DNA of 64,000 nt from Candidatus Latescibacterota bacterium. Lineage in GTDB: Bacteria > Latescibacterota > UBA2968 > GCA-2709665. Made by a program: the position numbers and the translations under genes. Position 1 is the stretch's first letter, and each line of letters opens with the position of its first letter. The notes under the pieces were generated by a model that did no database searches, had not been told where the DNA came from, and worked only from the letters and a program-made list of their open reading frames with translations. Below are positions 50,407-60,574 of the stretch, piece by piece. The DNA is taken from NCBI GenBank assembly GCA_965226795.1, contig CBDDDZ010000002.1, forward strand, positions 480,001 through 544,000, given 5' to 3'.

Positions 50407-50619
50407 GTGCAGTATGCCGCATACAATGGCGAGATTATCGAAGATTATCCGGGCGATGAGCCCTACCCAAGTTGCCTGATATGTGGAAAGAATGCAGATG
50501 GAGAGCCCATCCATAGTGTATGGGCTTACAATGAGAAGAATCAAAGATCAATACTGACTACCGTTTATCGCCCGAATCCGACACGTTGGATCAATTGGCG
50601 AACGATGAGGACCCTTTGA
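50407..50619 (+). pseudogene. 5'-truncated DUF4258 (putative toxin) gene
   Basis: GEIIEDYP..PYPSCLICG..PIHSV..TVYRPNP..W; N-terminal part missing. Confidence 0.7.
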
Positions 50620-50876
50620 TGGCGTCCTTTGACAGATGTCCGGTGTGTGGCGGCCCGATTGTTGAGAGAGAAGTCGAGAAGGGATTGCGAGGAGGCGTTG
50701 TAAGGGAGACCGTAAGAATGCGGACCGACGTGTGCCTGAAATGTGGGGAACGTCTTTACACGCCGGACGCGGCACAACGGCTCAAGAATACAGGATCAGG
50801 ACTTGACGCCAGGGAACGGCAGACGCCCAGATCACGCCGTTTAGGGCCAAGCTGGATTACGAGGGATGGTTTCTAG
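50619..50876 (+). CDS. YgiT/MqsA-type zinc-finger protein
   Basis: CPVCGG...VCLKCGERLYTP; TGATG coupling with DUF4258. Confidence 0.75.
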   Translation: MASFDRCPVCGGPIVEREVEKGLRGGVVRETVRMRTDVCLKCGERLYTPDAAQRLKNTGSGLDARERQTPRSRRLGPSWITRDGF

Positions 50877-50899
50877 GTTTTCTGGAAAAGCGTTACGAG

Positions 50900-51760
50900 A
50901 TGGCCCGGAATAACGGCACATGCCCAGTGCTCAGGGTCACGAGCGGTGCGGAGTCCTGGAATTTACCGGCACGATCGGAGAAGAAACTCGAAGAGAAGGT
51001 CTTTCGTGACTTATCGCCAATGCATGCCGTAATGCCCCTCACTTTTGTTGCTTCCTTCAAGGCGCTCGATATGATCTTCGAGTCGATATTTGAAGAGAAT
51101 TGCAAGCTGGGTAAAATCCGAAAGATCCCCTGTCATTCCGAGGGGAAGGTGGAGTTGTTTGAAAATGAATACAATCTCCAATTACCGACGTTTTTCGTAA
51201 GCCATGCCCATCTTTTCGCCTCTGCGAGGTCGCTTTATTGCGAACTGCTGCCGTACCGGGACGAAGTCGTACACAGAAATAGCTTTTGTGTGTCCGGAGA
51301 TATAATGACGCTTTCAAATGTCAGGACGGGCGCCACCCTCGCGCTGACCAGCAACCAGATTGACTGTTTGGTGCGTTTCGTCCGCGCGCTTGTCCGTGCG
51401 CTGGCGGGGGAGATTGTTGTCGACGATCACAAGGACAGGACAATTCAGTACTATCTTAGCATACTGGCGCCTTTAGTCGGTTCGGATTCATTGATGCAAC
51501 GGACGCCGCAATTTGTGCATGTGGAACTCACCGCGCCCAGACAAGGCCCCGCCTTCCCGGCGGATCTGAAGTTTGTGCGGGATGTGCTATCCCATAAATT
51601 CGAAGATCAGGAAATCTTCTTTGACCTTAATGTAATCGCCGTCGATGGCGCCAAGATCGTTGTAAGGTGGCACTTTGCGCCGGACGAAGTACCGGACGTG
51701 GATATATTGACCTTTTACGAGGAATCTCACAAGACACACCGCGAGGAAATCGTCGGCTAA
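50900..51760 (+). CDS. Hypothetical protein, possible HEPN domain
   Basis: 286-aa ORF with an RxxxxH motif (RDEVVH). Confidence 0.55.
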   Translation: MARNNGTCPVLRVTSGAESWNLPARSEKKLEEKVFRDLSPMHAVMPLTFVASFKALDMIFESIFEENCKLGKIRKIPCHSEGKVELFENEYNLQLPTFFVSHAHLFASARSLYCELLPYRDEVVHRNSFCVSGDIMTLSNVRTGATLALTSNQIDCLVRFVRALVRALAGEIVVDDHKDRTIQYYLSILAPLVGSDSLMQRTPQFVHVELTAPRQGPAFPADLKFVRDVLSHKFEDQEIFFDLNVIAVDGAKIVVRWHFAPDEVPDVDILTFYEESHKTHREEIVG

Positions 51761-51828
51761 ATCTTACCCACTAAAACAGTGTGGTCGGGATGCGATTCGG
51801 GTGAATTTGGGATTGCAGAAAACCATTC

Positions 51829-51898
51829 ACATGGATGGACAGGATACACAGGATACAAACCACGACTCTTCAATCCTGTTCATCCTGCGCATCCATGT
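51829..51898. repeat. Palindromic intergenic repeat, copy C
   Basis: ACATGGATGGACAGGATACACAGGAT...ATCCTGTTCATCCTGCGCATCCATGT. Confidence 0.8.
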
Positions 51899-51925
51899 TT
51901 TCTGTCGGCCGTGAGGGGAGTTTCG

Positions 51926-52711
51926 ATGTCCCGGAAGAGCGCCATCGAGTGGACCAACGGCACCTGGAACCCGGTTACCGGATGTACGAAGGTCAGCGCC
52001 GGCTGCGATCATTGTTATGCGGAACGCCTATCCGAGCGCTTTCGCGGCGTCGAGGGGCATCCTTTCGAGACCGGCTTTGATCTGACGCTTCGGCCCGCGC
52101 GCCTGGAACAACCCCTGCACTGGCGTCGGCCACAGCTCATCTTCGTCAATTCGATGAGCGATCTGTTCCACAAGGATATTCCCACGGAGTACATCCATCG
52201 CGTATTTGAAACCATGGAACGTGCCGACTGGCACATCTACCAAGTGCTCACCAAGCGCAGTTCCCTGATGCGCCGCTTCGTTCAGGATCGCTATCCCGGC
52301 GGGGCGGCACCCTCCCATATCTGGCTGGGGGTTTCCATCGAAAACGACGCGGCGTTGACGCGTCTTCGCCACCTCAAAGAGACGAACGCGTCCGTCCGCT
52401 TTGTGTCGTTCGAGCCTCTGCTCGGCCCGATGGGGACGGTCAATCTGGAAGATATTCACTGGGTCATCGCGGGAGGGGAAAGCGGACCGGGAGCCCGGGA
52501 GATTAAGCCAGAGTGGGTGCGCGAATTTCGGGATCAGTGTGAGACCCAGCGCGTTGCCTTTTTCTTCAAACAATGGGGCGGTCGAACACCTAAAGCGGGC
52601 GGCAATACGCTGGATGGACGCCAGTGGATGGAGTATCCGAAGATCGGGCAAGGTCAGTTGCCTCATTCGCCCTTAAGGGCGGCAGGGGCGCCCGCTCGCG
52701 ACGAAATTTGA
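51926..52711 (+). CDS. DUF5131 / phage Gp37-Gp68 family protein, copy 1
   Basis: SAIEWT..TWNPVTGCTKVSAGCDHCYA, FVNSMSDLFH, GGESG, FFKQWGG. Confidence 0.9.
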   Translation: MSRKSAIEWTNGTWNPVTGCTKVSAGCDHCYAERLSERFRGVEGHPFETGFDLTLRPARLEQPLHWRRPQLIFVNSMSDLFHKDIPTEYIHRVFETMERADWHIYQVLTKRSSLMRRFVQDRYPGGAAPSHIWLGVSIENDAALTRLRHLKETNASVRFVSFEPLLGPMGTVNLEDIHWVIAGGESGPGAREIKPEWVREFRDQCETQRVAFFFKQWGGRTPKAGGNTLDGRQWMEYPKIGQGQLPHSPLRAAGAPARDEI

Positions 52712-52758
52712 GAATTTCCCAATAGACAAAAATGGACAGATCTAGAGGCGTTCGCGTA

Positions 52759-55700
52759 ATGGTTAAGAACCTCGACAAATTAGCAGAAAAAATCGATGCA
52801 GCATTCGACCTTCGAGATTTGGAGGAACTGCGTCAATGCACCGAACAATGTGAGAAGATGCTGAGGTCGGTACACGACTTTGACCAACCTCTGGTCTACT
52901 ACTTTCAGGCAAATGCATATTCTGCTATCCGTAAGATAAAGTCAACTGACGAGAACTATCTTTGGAATTGGATTCAATCAGAGTATACCAAAGAAATTCT
53001 AGCCCTTAGACAGTCCATAAGACATCAAAACTTCCGCCGTCTTGATGCAATTAGGCGTTGTCAAATCTTAACAAACCTTGGCAATTCGTTGAATGCAGTT
53101 GGGCGTCCGATTGAAGCCATTGAGATGTGGGACGAAGCGCTGAAAATAACACCGATTTTCGCGATGGCACGTGGTAGCCGTGGGAAGGGATTGTTGTACT
53201 ACAGCGGCGCACTTTATGATGTCGGACACCGAGGTATCTTTCTGATGCAAGCAAAAAAGGATTATCTCAAGGCCATATCACCCCAAAGTCTATGGGATAG
53301 CGTATATCCGAACGAGGTCCATGAAGAATTTCAACAGCAGGCAAACGAGATTGAAGAGTACCTTCAACGGCACTTTGATGAGAGTAAGTTCGAGCCATAC
53401 AATTGGCCGTTAGGTACAACCGAGAATGAGCAGCGATACAGGAAATGGCGTCTGGAACACCGATTGTTCCTGAATCCCCTAAACGATCTAAAGGCGTGGC
53501 CCATCGCTGCCCATGACATATTTCATCTTCCGGATCATGTCTATCGAATTGACGAGAGACCTCGATTCGTACAGCTTTACGATTCATTAAAACAAGAATA
53601 CGTCGCGGCGTGCCTCCTGCTTTATGAAGGAATTCAGGCCAAGAGCGAGCACTACGCCGACAGGGGCAACTTGGTTTTCGATCACTGCGACGGATCCATT
53701 GGAGGGGCAAGAATTGAGTCGCCTAAAACAGCGAGAATATCGTGGTGCCGGGCAGCGACCTGCGGCGATCAACGTAGAGGGAGGCCACCAGGTTGGTCTG
53801 GGTGTTGTCAATCTGCACAAGGATTATGCGGGGATCATCAGGGGTGTAGCGAGGTAGTTCTTGATCCGAACCAGGTTGATCCATAGGCCACGACACCAGG
53901 CCCACCGTTGGTGTGGCATCAGTCCGCGATAGCGCGTCTTGCCATTTTGGGTGTAATAGCTCAACTGGAAATGCTGGCCTCGACATTGTTGCGTCTGTTT
54001 CTAATATGGGCAGGGAGTGCTTCGATCTGTTTGCGATTGAGGTAACTGTCGATGTGTTGTTCTTTAAAATCGTGGTTTGCCATCGATGATGATTTTGTAT
54101 TTTCCCGTTTGTATTCTTGGGCAAGCTGAACCTCTCCGGTTTGTTGATCAATGACCTTGACACCGTCTGCTGTGCGTTCATAACTGAAACGCCCTGGGGT
54201 TCCTTGCAGGCCACTGTAATAGAATTGCTTGTCCTGTTCTTTTGCGTAGGCGTTGGATTGATCATTATAGGCCCCATCCATTGACACTTCCAAGACGTCA
54301 CCCACCACGCGTTGTGTCTGCTCAATGGCAGGTTGGACAAACGCGTTGTCGGGACTCGTCGCCGGTTTGACGTCAACATCCGTGATCAAATTGCAGGCCA
54401 TTCATCGCAGGTCTCGGTGAGGTTGACATTAAATTCTCGCCTTTCCTGCGAAAGGCCGCATCGTCATCATGGGCAGACTGCAACGAGGATGAACAGATTT
54501 TGACCGTATATTGGTCCTCAAAAACACGCACGATCAGACCATATCGATCGCTGTCTTTCTCGGTATACATCTTGTAGCCTGCAATAACCGCCCCAATTCC
54601 TGTAGCTTCTCGCCTTTTTCAGTAGTGAGACGGTAGACAATTGGGGCTTCCCTTGGATCAGATCCTCCAAAACCTGCTGATCCGTTGCCGATAATCGTCC
54701 CTTCTCATCCTTGTCCAATGACCTCCAGAACCCTTGTAAGCAACAAACCACCAACTGCAACCGACAACACAAGGCAATGTTGGCGCCGACTGTCCATTCG
54801 GATTTGTTGACCCAATACACCAAAGGCCTTGGCCTGCGTCTTTGAAGCTGAAAAGGTCTCTCCTACCAGATCGCGATTCAGTTGATACGCATACAAAGCC
54901 TGCTTGAACAGATAATACGTGGACTCGACAGGCGTAAGATTCACCAACCCCAATGCCCCCATCACCTGAACCGACATTGCTCAAAAAGTTGGGCATCGCT
55001 CCACCCAAAGCCCTCCTTCAAGATCATCATCGACACCAGATGCCGGAATTGGGACGGCCTATGTCAGGGTCAAACACCACACGAAAAATATCCTCATCGA
55101 CCTTTGACGTGATGTGCTCGTAGAACAGATTATTCCAGGCGGCCGGATCATTTAGCCGATCCAGCTTCGGACCTTTGAAATGCGACTCGAATAAACAGAT
55201 CCGGCTGACTTGAAGGGGCACTCCTTCTAAACATATGTCCCTCGCTTCTTTGTGATCAAACATCAATCTGAAACATTGCAACCTGTTGACACCTCGAATT
55301 TAGTACTTTTCCCTGGTTAAGTAAACACGACTTTTCGGAGTGGGCTCAGAATTGAAAAACAAAAGATGGCTTTCCGAAGTGCATATTCAATCTTGGATAA
55401 AGTGGCGATGTTTTTGAACGAGTACTACAATCTTGGCAAGGATAGTAGAAGGCTCAATTTTCGCACTGTTTGGCATGATGGAAGGAAAATCAGTAGTCGG
55501 ATTCCTCAAAAAAACTGGCGTTTGAGGGGTCTCTACGCGCTATCAATTGATCTCTTCGATAACGAATTCAAGGAGACGGCATTGCCGCATTCAGAACTCA
55601 TAAACGATGTGAGAAACGCTGCGGAACATCGTTTTCTCCAGGTGTACGAGGATGGAACAGTCCTTGATTCAGATCACATTACTAGTCGAGTGACATATAG

Positions 55701-55845
55701 TGAACTCTACCGTATGGCATTGCGAATGCTCAAGATCGCCCGCGCCGCACTTATCTACCTGTCGCTGTCCATGTACCATCAAGAAAATTTAGTATCACCT
55801 TCGACAAATTCCGAAATTACTGTTCAAGGGATGCCGAAGAGATAA
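52759..55845 (+). pseudogene. TPR + LA2681-like HEPN protein interrupted by an IS
   Basis: TPR (LTNLGNSL..GRPIEAI), LFLNPLND; removing the IS restores GGARIEKQKMAFRSAYSILDK in frame; RNAAEH HEPN motif. Confidence 0.85.
53716..55347 (-). mobile_element. Insertion sequence (IS5/IS1182-like DDE) with multiply frameshifted transposase
   Basis: AGAATT direct repeats at 53710-53715 and 55348-55353; GAG...CTC ends; fragments GRPN, IRMDS, MDGAY, RRNNVEAS. Confidence 0.82.
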
Positions 55846-56117
55846 AGATAATTGCGGACAGGTTAAAGAAGACATTTTGCTGTTTTTTTCGTTTTGCCTG
55901 TCACTATCTAAACGCTCCGGTAATCGCCAACCCACCTTTGCCAGTTGACATGCCTTCCTAGAGAGTGTCGACCCGTTGTTGTCGGGGATGCAGGACAGGG
56001 TCATTTGGGCCTTAACGTCAAGCGGAATTGAATTCTGGCTACTCTTAAATGAGCAATGGTCTTACGATTTTGCACGAGGCGTGAATGACAATCATAAATC
56101 AATAAAGGAATGTTCAG

Positions 56118-56879
56118 ATGGCCGACAAGTCTGCGATTGAATGGACCGACGCAACGTGGAATCCAGTTACCGGCTGCACCAAGGTCACACGTGGCTGCGA
56201 CAACTGTTATGCCGAGCGAATTGCCGAACGGTTTCGCGGCGTAAGGGGCCATCCGTTTGAAAATGGCTTTGAACTCACGCTCCGACCAGAGCGGCTTTCC
56301 CAACCGCTTTCATGGAAACGCCCTAGAAGAGTGTTTGTGAATTCAATGAGTGACTTGTTTCACAATAAGATTCCAACAGAGTTTATAGATCGTGTCTTCG
56401 ATACGATGGAGGATGCCGACCGTCACATTTTTCAGGTCCTAACAAAACGAAGCTCGCTTATGCAGAATTATCTGCAGGGAAGATATGGGCACGGGGCAGC
56501 ACCGCGACACATCTGGTGCGGAGTGTCCGTTGAAGACCACACCGCAACCGCCAGAATCCGGCATCTTCAAAAGGCTCCGGTGCCGATTCGTTTCCTGTCA
56601 ATAGAACCACTTCTGGGTCCTGTGGGAGAAATCGACCTGGAAGGGATATCCTGGGTAATTGTAGGCGGCGAAAGCGGTCCAAACGCTCGGCCCATGAAAG
56701 AATGTTGGGTAATCGAAGTCAAGGAACTCTGCAAACGCAATGGGGTAGATTTCTTCTTCAAGCAATGGGGCGGACTGACCTCAAAATCGGGTGGACGACG
56801 CCTCAAAGGGATCGAGTACAACGCCATGCCTGTATACTCTACAGCGGAGAAAAACTGTGAATTTCAACTGGCACCCTGA
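56118..56879 (+). CDS. DUF5131 / phage Gp37-Gp68 family protein, copy 2
   Basis: TWNPVTGCTKVTRGCDNCYA, FVNSMSDLFH, FFKQWGG. Confidence 0.9.
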   Translation: MADKSAIEWTDATWNPVTGCTKVTRGCDNCYAERIAERFRGVRGHPFENGFELTLRPERLSQPLSWKRPRRVFVNSMSDLFHNKIPTEFIDRVFDTMEDADRHIFQVLTKRSSLMQNYLQGRYGHGAAPRHIWCGVSVEDHTATARIRHLQKAPVPIRFLSIEPLLGPVGEIDLEGISWVIVGGESGPNARPMKECWVIEVKELCKRNGVDFFFKQWGGLTSKSGGRRLKGIEYNAMPVYSTAEKNCEFQLAP

Positions 56880-58137
56880 AGAACCTCCACCTTCTATTGA
56901 CAAACACAGCAAAGCCAAACTCGATGTATTACGTAGCTACCTTCGCGCCTATTTCGATACGCTGAATGTCAACCCCAGTCGTGAAGAATTCAAAATCGAT
57001 CTCGTTGATGGCTTTGCTGGGGGAGGCACGTTTCGGGACGGCGAAAAAACCGTCTCAGGTACACCTCTGATTATGCTTGAAGAGTGCAGAGCGGCAATGG
57101 ATAGGTTGAACGAAAATCGCACCAAGCCCCTGCGTTTCGATTCCAAATGTTACTTTATAGATAAAGAAGCCGCCCACACGGATCATCTTCGAAGGGTCCT
57201 ACGTGAGCGAGAGTACGTCTTGGATGATGACAGAATCGTTGTCCGTAACAGCCTATTTGAAGAGGAAGTCGAAAACATCCTGACGGCAATTAAGTACCGC
57301 CAGCCTATCGCCGGTCGCGCGATTTTTCTTCTCGATCAGACCGGATTCTCGCAAGTAGAACTCGGGCTTGTAGCCAGGATTCTGCGCGAATTGCCAAGAG
57401 TGGAGGTCATTTTGACATTTGCAGCGGATGCCCTCGCCAACCATCTTGCTCTCACACCCGAAATGATTAAGATGGTCGCTCCGCTTGAATTGACCGAATC
57501 ACAGATACATGACTTGATTCAACTCAAGAATGGCAACGTAGGAAGAGCACTCGTTCAAAGGACGTTGCGTGAGCATATTCGCTTTGTGACGGGCGCGACA
57601 TACGATACACCCTTTTTCATACGCCCAAGACAGTCACGACGGGCTTTATGGTTCCTCCATCTGTCAAAACATCCAACAGCGCGCGACGTCATGATTCAAG
57701 TTCATTGGGAGATTCAGAATACTTTTGAACACTATGGTTCCGGCGATTTCGGTATGCTGGGTTGGGACACATTGAGGGATCCTGGAGCAATTCCGCTCTT
57801 TAGCTTTTCTGAAATGGACCAAGATAAAATGCGCACGCAGCTTCTGGACACCATGCCGCGGGAACTCTTCAGTTTGGCATCCGAAGAACCTGTCACGATT
57901 GACGCGATGCGGCACAGGTTCGCAAACAGAACGGCTGCCCGTTATTCGGATCTCGATTCAATCGTACTGCAGCTTTTTCGCGAAGGCGAGATTGAGATTC
58001 TGGGTGCCAACGATAGAATCCGCTCAACTTCGCTGTTAAACCTTAGAACTGTTGACCGGATCCAGATGCCTAAGCAGACGCGAATCTATTTCGAGGATTC
58101 ACGCAGAGGTTCGAATCAGGGATCACACAAGATTTGA
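56857..58137 (+). CDS. tcmP: Three-Cys-motif partner protein (SAM-methyltransferase-like)
   Basis: HSKAKLDVLRSYL, VDGFAGGG, FLLDQTG; overlaps DUF5131; GTG start with GGAG. Confidence 0.8.
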   Translation: MNFNWHPEEPPPSIDKHSKAKLDVLRSYLRAYFDTLNVNPSREEFKIDLVDGFAGGGTFRDGEKTVSGTPLIMLEECRAAMDRLNENRTKPLRFDSKCYFIDKEAAHTDHLRRVLREREYVLDDDRIVVRNSLFEEEVENILTAIKYRQPIAGRAIFLLDQTGFSQVELGLVARILRELPRVEVILTFAADALANHLALTPEMIKMVAPLELTESQIHDLIQLKNGNVGRALVQRTLREHIRFVTGATYDTPFFIRPRQSRRALWFLHLSKHPTARDVMIQVHWEIQNTFEHYGSGDFGMLGWDTLRDPGAIPLFSFSEMDQDKMRTQLLDTMPRELFSLASEEPVTIDAMRHRFANRTAARYSDLDSIVLQLFREGEIEILGANDRIRSTSLLNLRTVDRIQMPKQTRIYFEDSRRGSNQGSHKI

Positions 58138-58209
58138 CAGTTTCCCGCTGTGCGACAGCCGGTGCAAGCATGAAAAACAACGAATCGACGACGATGGGGA
58201 GAACAAAAT

Positions 58210-58395
58210 ATGTTAGACATTGATGCACTGCTGCAGAAAAACCCGGACGTAAGGAAGGTTTTCGAGAAAAACCAGGCTTTGCTTTCGAAATGTCCACCGG
58301 CAAAGAAAGCGAAGTACCGACTTGGAGATCCGTTCGGGGCTAGACGTCCGGTTGACGATACGCCCGTCAGCCAACCCCGGCCAAAGGCGAGATAG
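58210..58395 (+). CDS. Small basic hypothetical protein
   Basis: 61-aa ORF, GGAG upstream, terminator downstream. Confidence 0.45.
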   Translation: MLDIDALLQKNPDVRKVFEKNQALLSKCPPAKKAKYRLGDPFGARRPVDDTPVSQPRPKAR

Positions 58396-58424
58396 GTCGT
58401 AGCCTGATATTCCTTCGACGAACG

Positions 58425-58463
58425 AAAAAAAGAAGCCGTGGCTGTTGTCGCCTCGGCTTCTTT
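58425..58463. terminator. Probably bidirectional terminator
   Basis: A-tract AAAGAAGCCG...CGGCTTCTTT between convergent units. Confidence 0.7.
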
Positions 58464-58798
58464 GTTGGAAATCTCACCGTCTCGATGCGGGAAATTTGCT
58501 TCTGGAGTCGTTCGGAACGGGTTGTGCGATACCTTGAGGTGATAATTCGTTTTCTGATGTGGCCGATCACTGTGATTCAGTAACTATTCGCGCACTTCCT
58601 GTATCTGGATCAGGCCAACAGTACCGGACGGCTCGTCTCGTTCAAGCCCCTGCCTAGCTAAATGCGGCCCTCGCTTGTGGAGCCCATGAAGCAGCCGGAG
58701 AGGCCGAATTTGCATCAATCTGGTGCCCCGTCTAACACGGTCGACGAATGCGAACCAATCCACGATATCCAATATTTCCACTATAGATCAAGGATGTG

Positions 58799-58999
58799 CT
58801 AAGCTTCTAGTGCTTCCCGAATCGCCTTTTCCATACTTGGGCGAACTTTGTCCATGCTCCTACGGGCGGAGTCCTCAGCCATCTGCAGGATTTCCGCAAG
58901 CTCTTCGCCCTTAGGTTCGGGCGGAGTCGCTATATCAGGCGTCGGATGTTTCTCCTTGTGCACCCGCGCCGTTTTCAACTGGCGTGATGTCCGAGCCAT
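58799..58999 (-). CDS. Small protein overlapping the Ntn-hydrolase-like gene
   Basis: AGGAGG 7 nt before ATG; 66 aa, charged, helical C-terminus. Confidence 0.6.
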   Translation of the reverse strand: MARTSRQLKTARVHKEKHPTPDIATPPEPKGEELAEILQMAEDSARRSMDKVRPSMEKAIREALEA

Positions 59000-60344
59000 A
59001 TCTTTTCCTCCTGAATGAAGTTCTATCGAAATAAGATGGATTTAACTCAGGCGAGAAATAGTGTTTGCGCTTAATCCAAATCAACCCATCGCCCTTCGTA
59101 ATTAACGCAACGTCGGTTGGACCACCAACTGTTTCTTCATCGCTCGATACGCGTCTCTTGAGCGCAGTCAGACTTACAAGTGATTCAGCCATTTCCGCAA
59201 GTTGTTCCTTAGGAAGCATAGCCACCACATTCATAATGGGCTGCGAAAAAAACCGCGCTCCAAACCCTTCGACGCTGTCCATAAAGGAATCGGCTACCTG
59301 AGTGTGATATTGATCCAAGACGTCACGCAGTTTCTCTGTTTCAATATTCGAGTGTTTGCTGAGTGATCGCATCAAGTCGTCAGTGTATTGCTCCAAGTGA
59401 GACACTACAGATCGGTGAAGATAGGGGAGGTAACCAGGTGCTATTCCCTCCATGAATTGATAAACCATATCGATCTGTGCGAATGGCACGATCGCTGACT
59501 GATTGTCTGGGTTGAGAGTCACTTCATGTTTGTCTGGATGAATCTTTAATCTGTTTTGTACCATCCCTTCAACATGTGCTCGCGAAATAGCAGGGAAGAA
59601 ATCCTGCTCGCCGAAACCGGAGACGACAACACCGGAAGTGAAGCCAGAAGGCGGGTGGCGTGTAACCTCATCAAAGAACCCGCATATCGCCTTAACTGCG
59701 ATATAATTGAGTTTTTGCTGGAGCCCTCGCCGAAGATGTAACTGATCAAACACCGACGCGCGTGCGCTTCGAAGGTGCCCACGTAGTGATTTGCGCACGG
59801 ACCTTTCGAACTCCCGGGGCGCACCTTCAATTGCAGGGGCACTCTTGGCTCTTGAGTGATACTCGTCAACGACTTCCTCGGTCAGTTCATGTTCCATCTG
59901 TGCGAATTTTTCAATTTCAAATCGTCCGCTTTCTTCGACAGCTTTAGCGATCGTTTTGTCGATCCTTTGCTGTATTTCCTGTCGAATCTCAGAGAAGATC
60001 TGCTGGGATAAGCGTACGGCATAGTCCAACTGCTGTTGGTCGCTTATTCGGTCACCTATGTGATGTTCCAAGAATCTGCAGAAATCGTTGGCGTACTCGT
60101 GGAGTTTCGCGAAGGTCTTTCTTCCGAGAATACACCGATACTCTTTCACTATTGTTTCCCATGGGATCGACATGAAACTGGCGTTGCCATACACGAGAAT
60201 TCCAACTGGTGCGACCTCGGAGAGAGCGAAGAGTTTATTTGCTGACGAGAAAATCTTCTGATTGCCGCCTGGATATGCTGTAATTGCGCTATCCGCTGCC
60301 AATGCGACAGCTTGTAGATTGAGGATGGCTATTTCGGCAGTCAT
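58935..60344 (-). CDS. Proteasome-beta/Ntn-hydrolase-like protein with large insertion
   Basis: M-T1...AAD17S...NK36LF, C-terminal TVGGPTDVALI. Confidence 0.65.
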   Translation of the reverse strand: MTAEIAILNLQAVALAADSAITAYPGGNQKIFSSANKLFALSEVAPVGILVYGNASFMSIPWETIVKEYRCILGRKTFAKLHEYANDFCRFLEHHIGDRISDQQQLDYAVRLSQQIFSEIRQEIQQRIDKTIAKAVEESGRFEIEKFAQMEHELTEEVVDEYHSRAKSAPAIEGAPREFERSVRKSLRGHLRSARASVFDQLHLRRGLQQKLNYIAVKAICGFFDEVTRHPPSGFTSGVVVSGFGEQDFFPAISRAHVEGMVQNRLKIHPDKHEVTLNPDNQSAIVPFAQIDMVYQFMEGIAPGYLPYLHRSVVSHLEQYTDDLMRSLSKHSNIETEKLRDVLDQYHTQVADSFMDSVEGFGARFFSQPIMNVVAMLPKEQLAEMAESLVSLTALKRRVSSDEETVGGPTDVALITKGDGLIWIKRKHYFSPELNPSYFDRTSFRRKRYGSDITPVENGAGAQGETSDA

Positions 60345-60574
60345 AATCTATAGAGCCTTAGTTGTTACCCGAGTTCCGGATTCATAGCAATTGGTGTAGA
60401 TGACCCCGAAAGCAGTCAAGTATTCCTTAAATGCTATAGTGCCACGGTAGCTTTAGGTACCCGAATATAATTTCACGATAACAGACAGAAAAGTCAAATC
60501 TACCCACGTCGCAAACGGCTCGATGCCAGCGCGAACGCGAAAAAGACATTTGCCTTACTGCGGCCAAAATTAGA

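Noticed and set aside
48265..51898. Possible CRISPR array or integron attC sites from the recurring palindromes
   Set aside because: Copies are kb apart with no regular spacers; no cas or intI gene in the window
53716..53886. C-terminal extension of ORF 52732-53886 as real protein sequence
   Set aside because: It is read-through into the IS end; the true continuation is at 55354
51926..56879. Prophage, suggested by the 'phage Gp37/Gp68' family name
   Set aside because: No structural, terminase or integrase genes in the window
58799..58999. Small partner as a Pup/ubiquitin-like tag
   Set aside because: Lacks a C-terminal GG(E/Q); no ligase gene nearby
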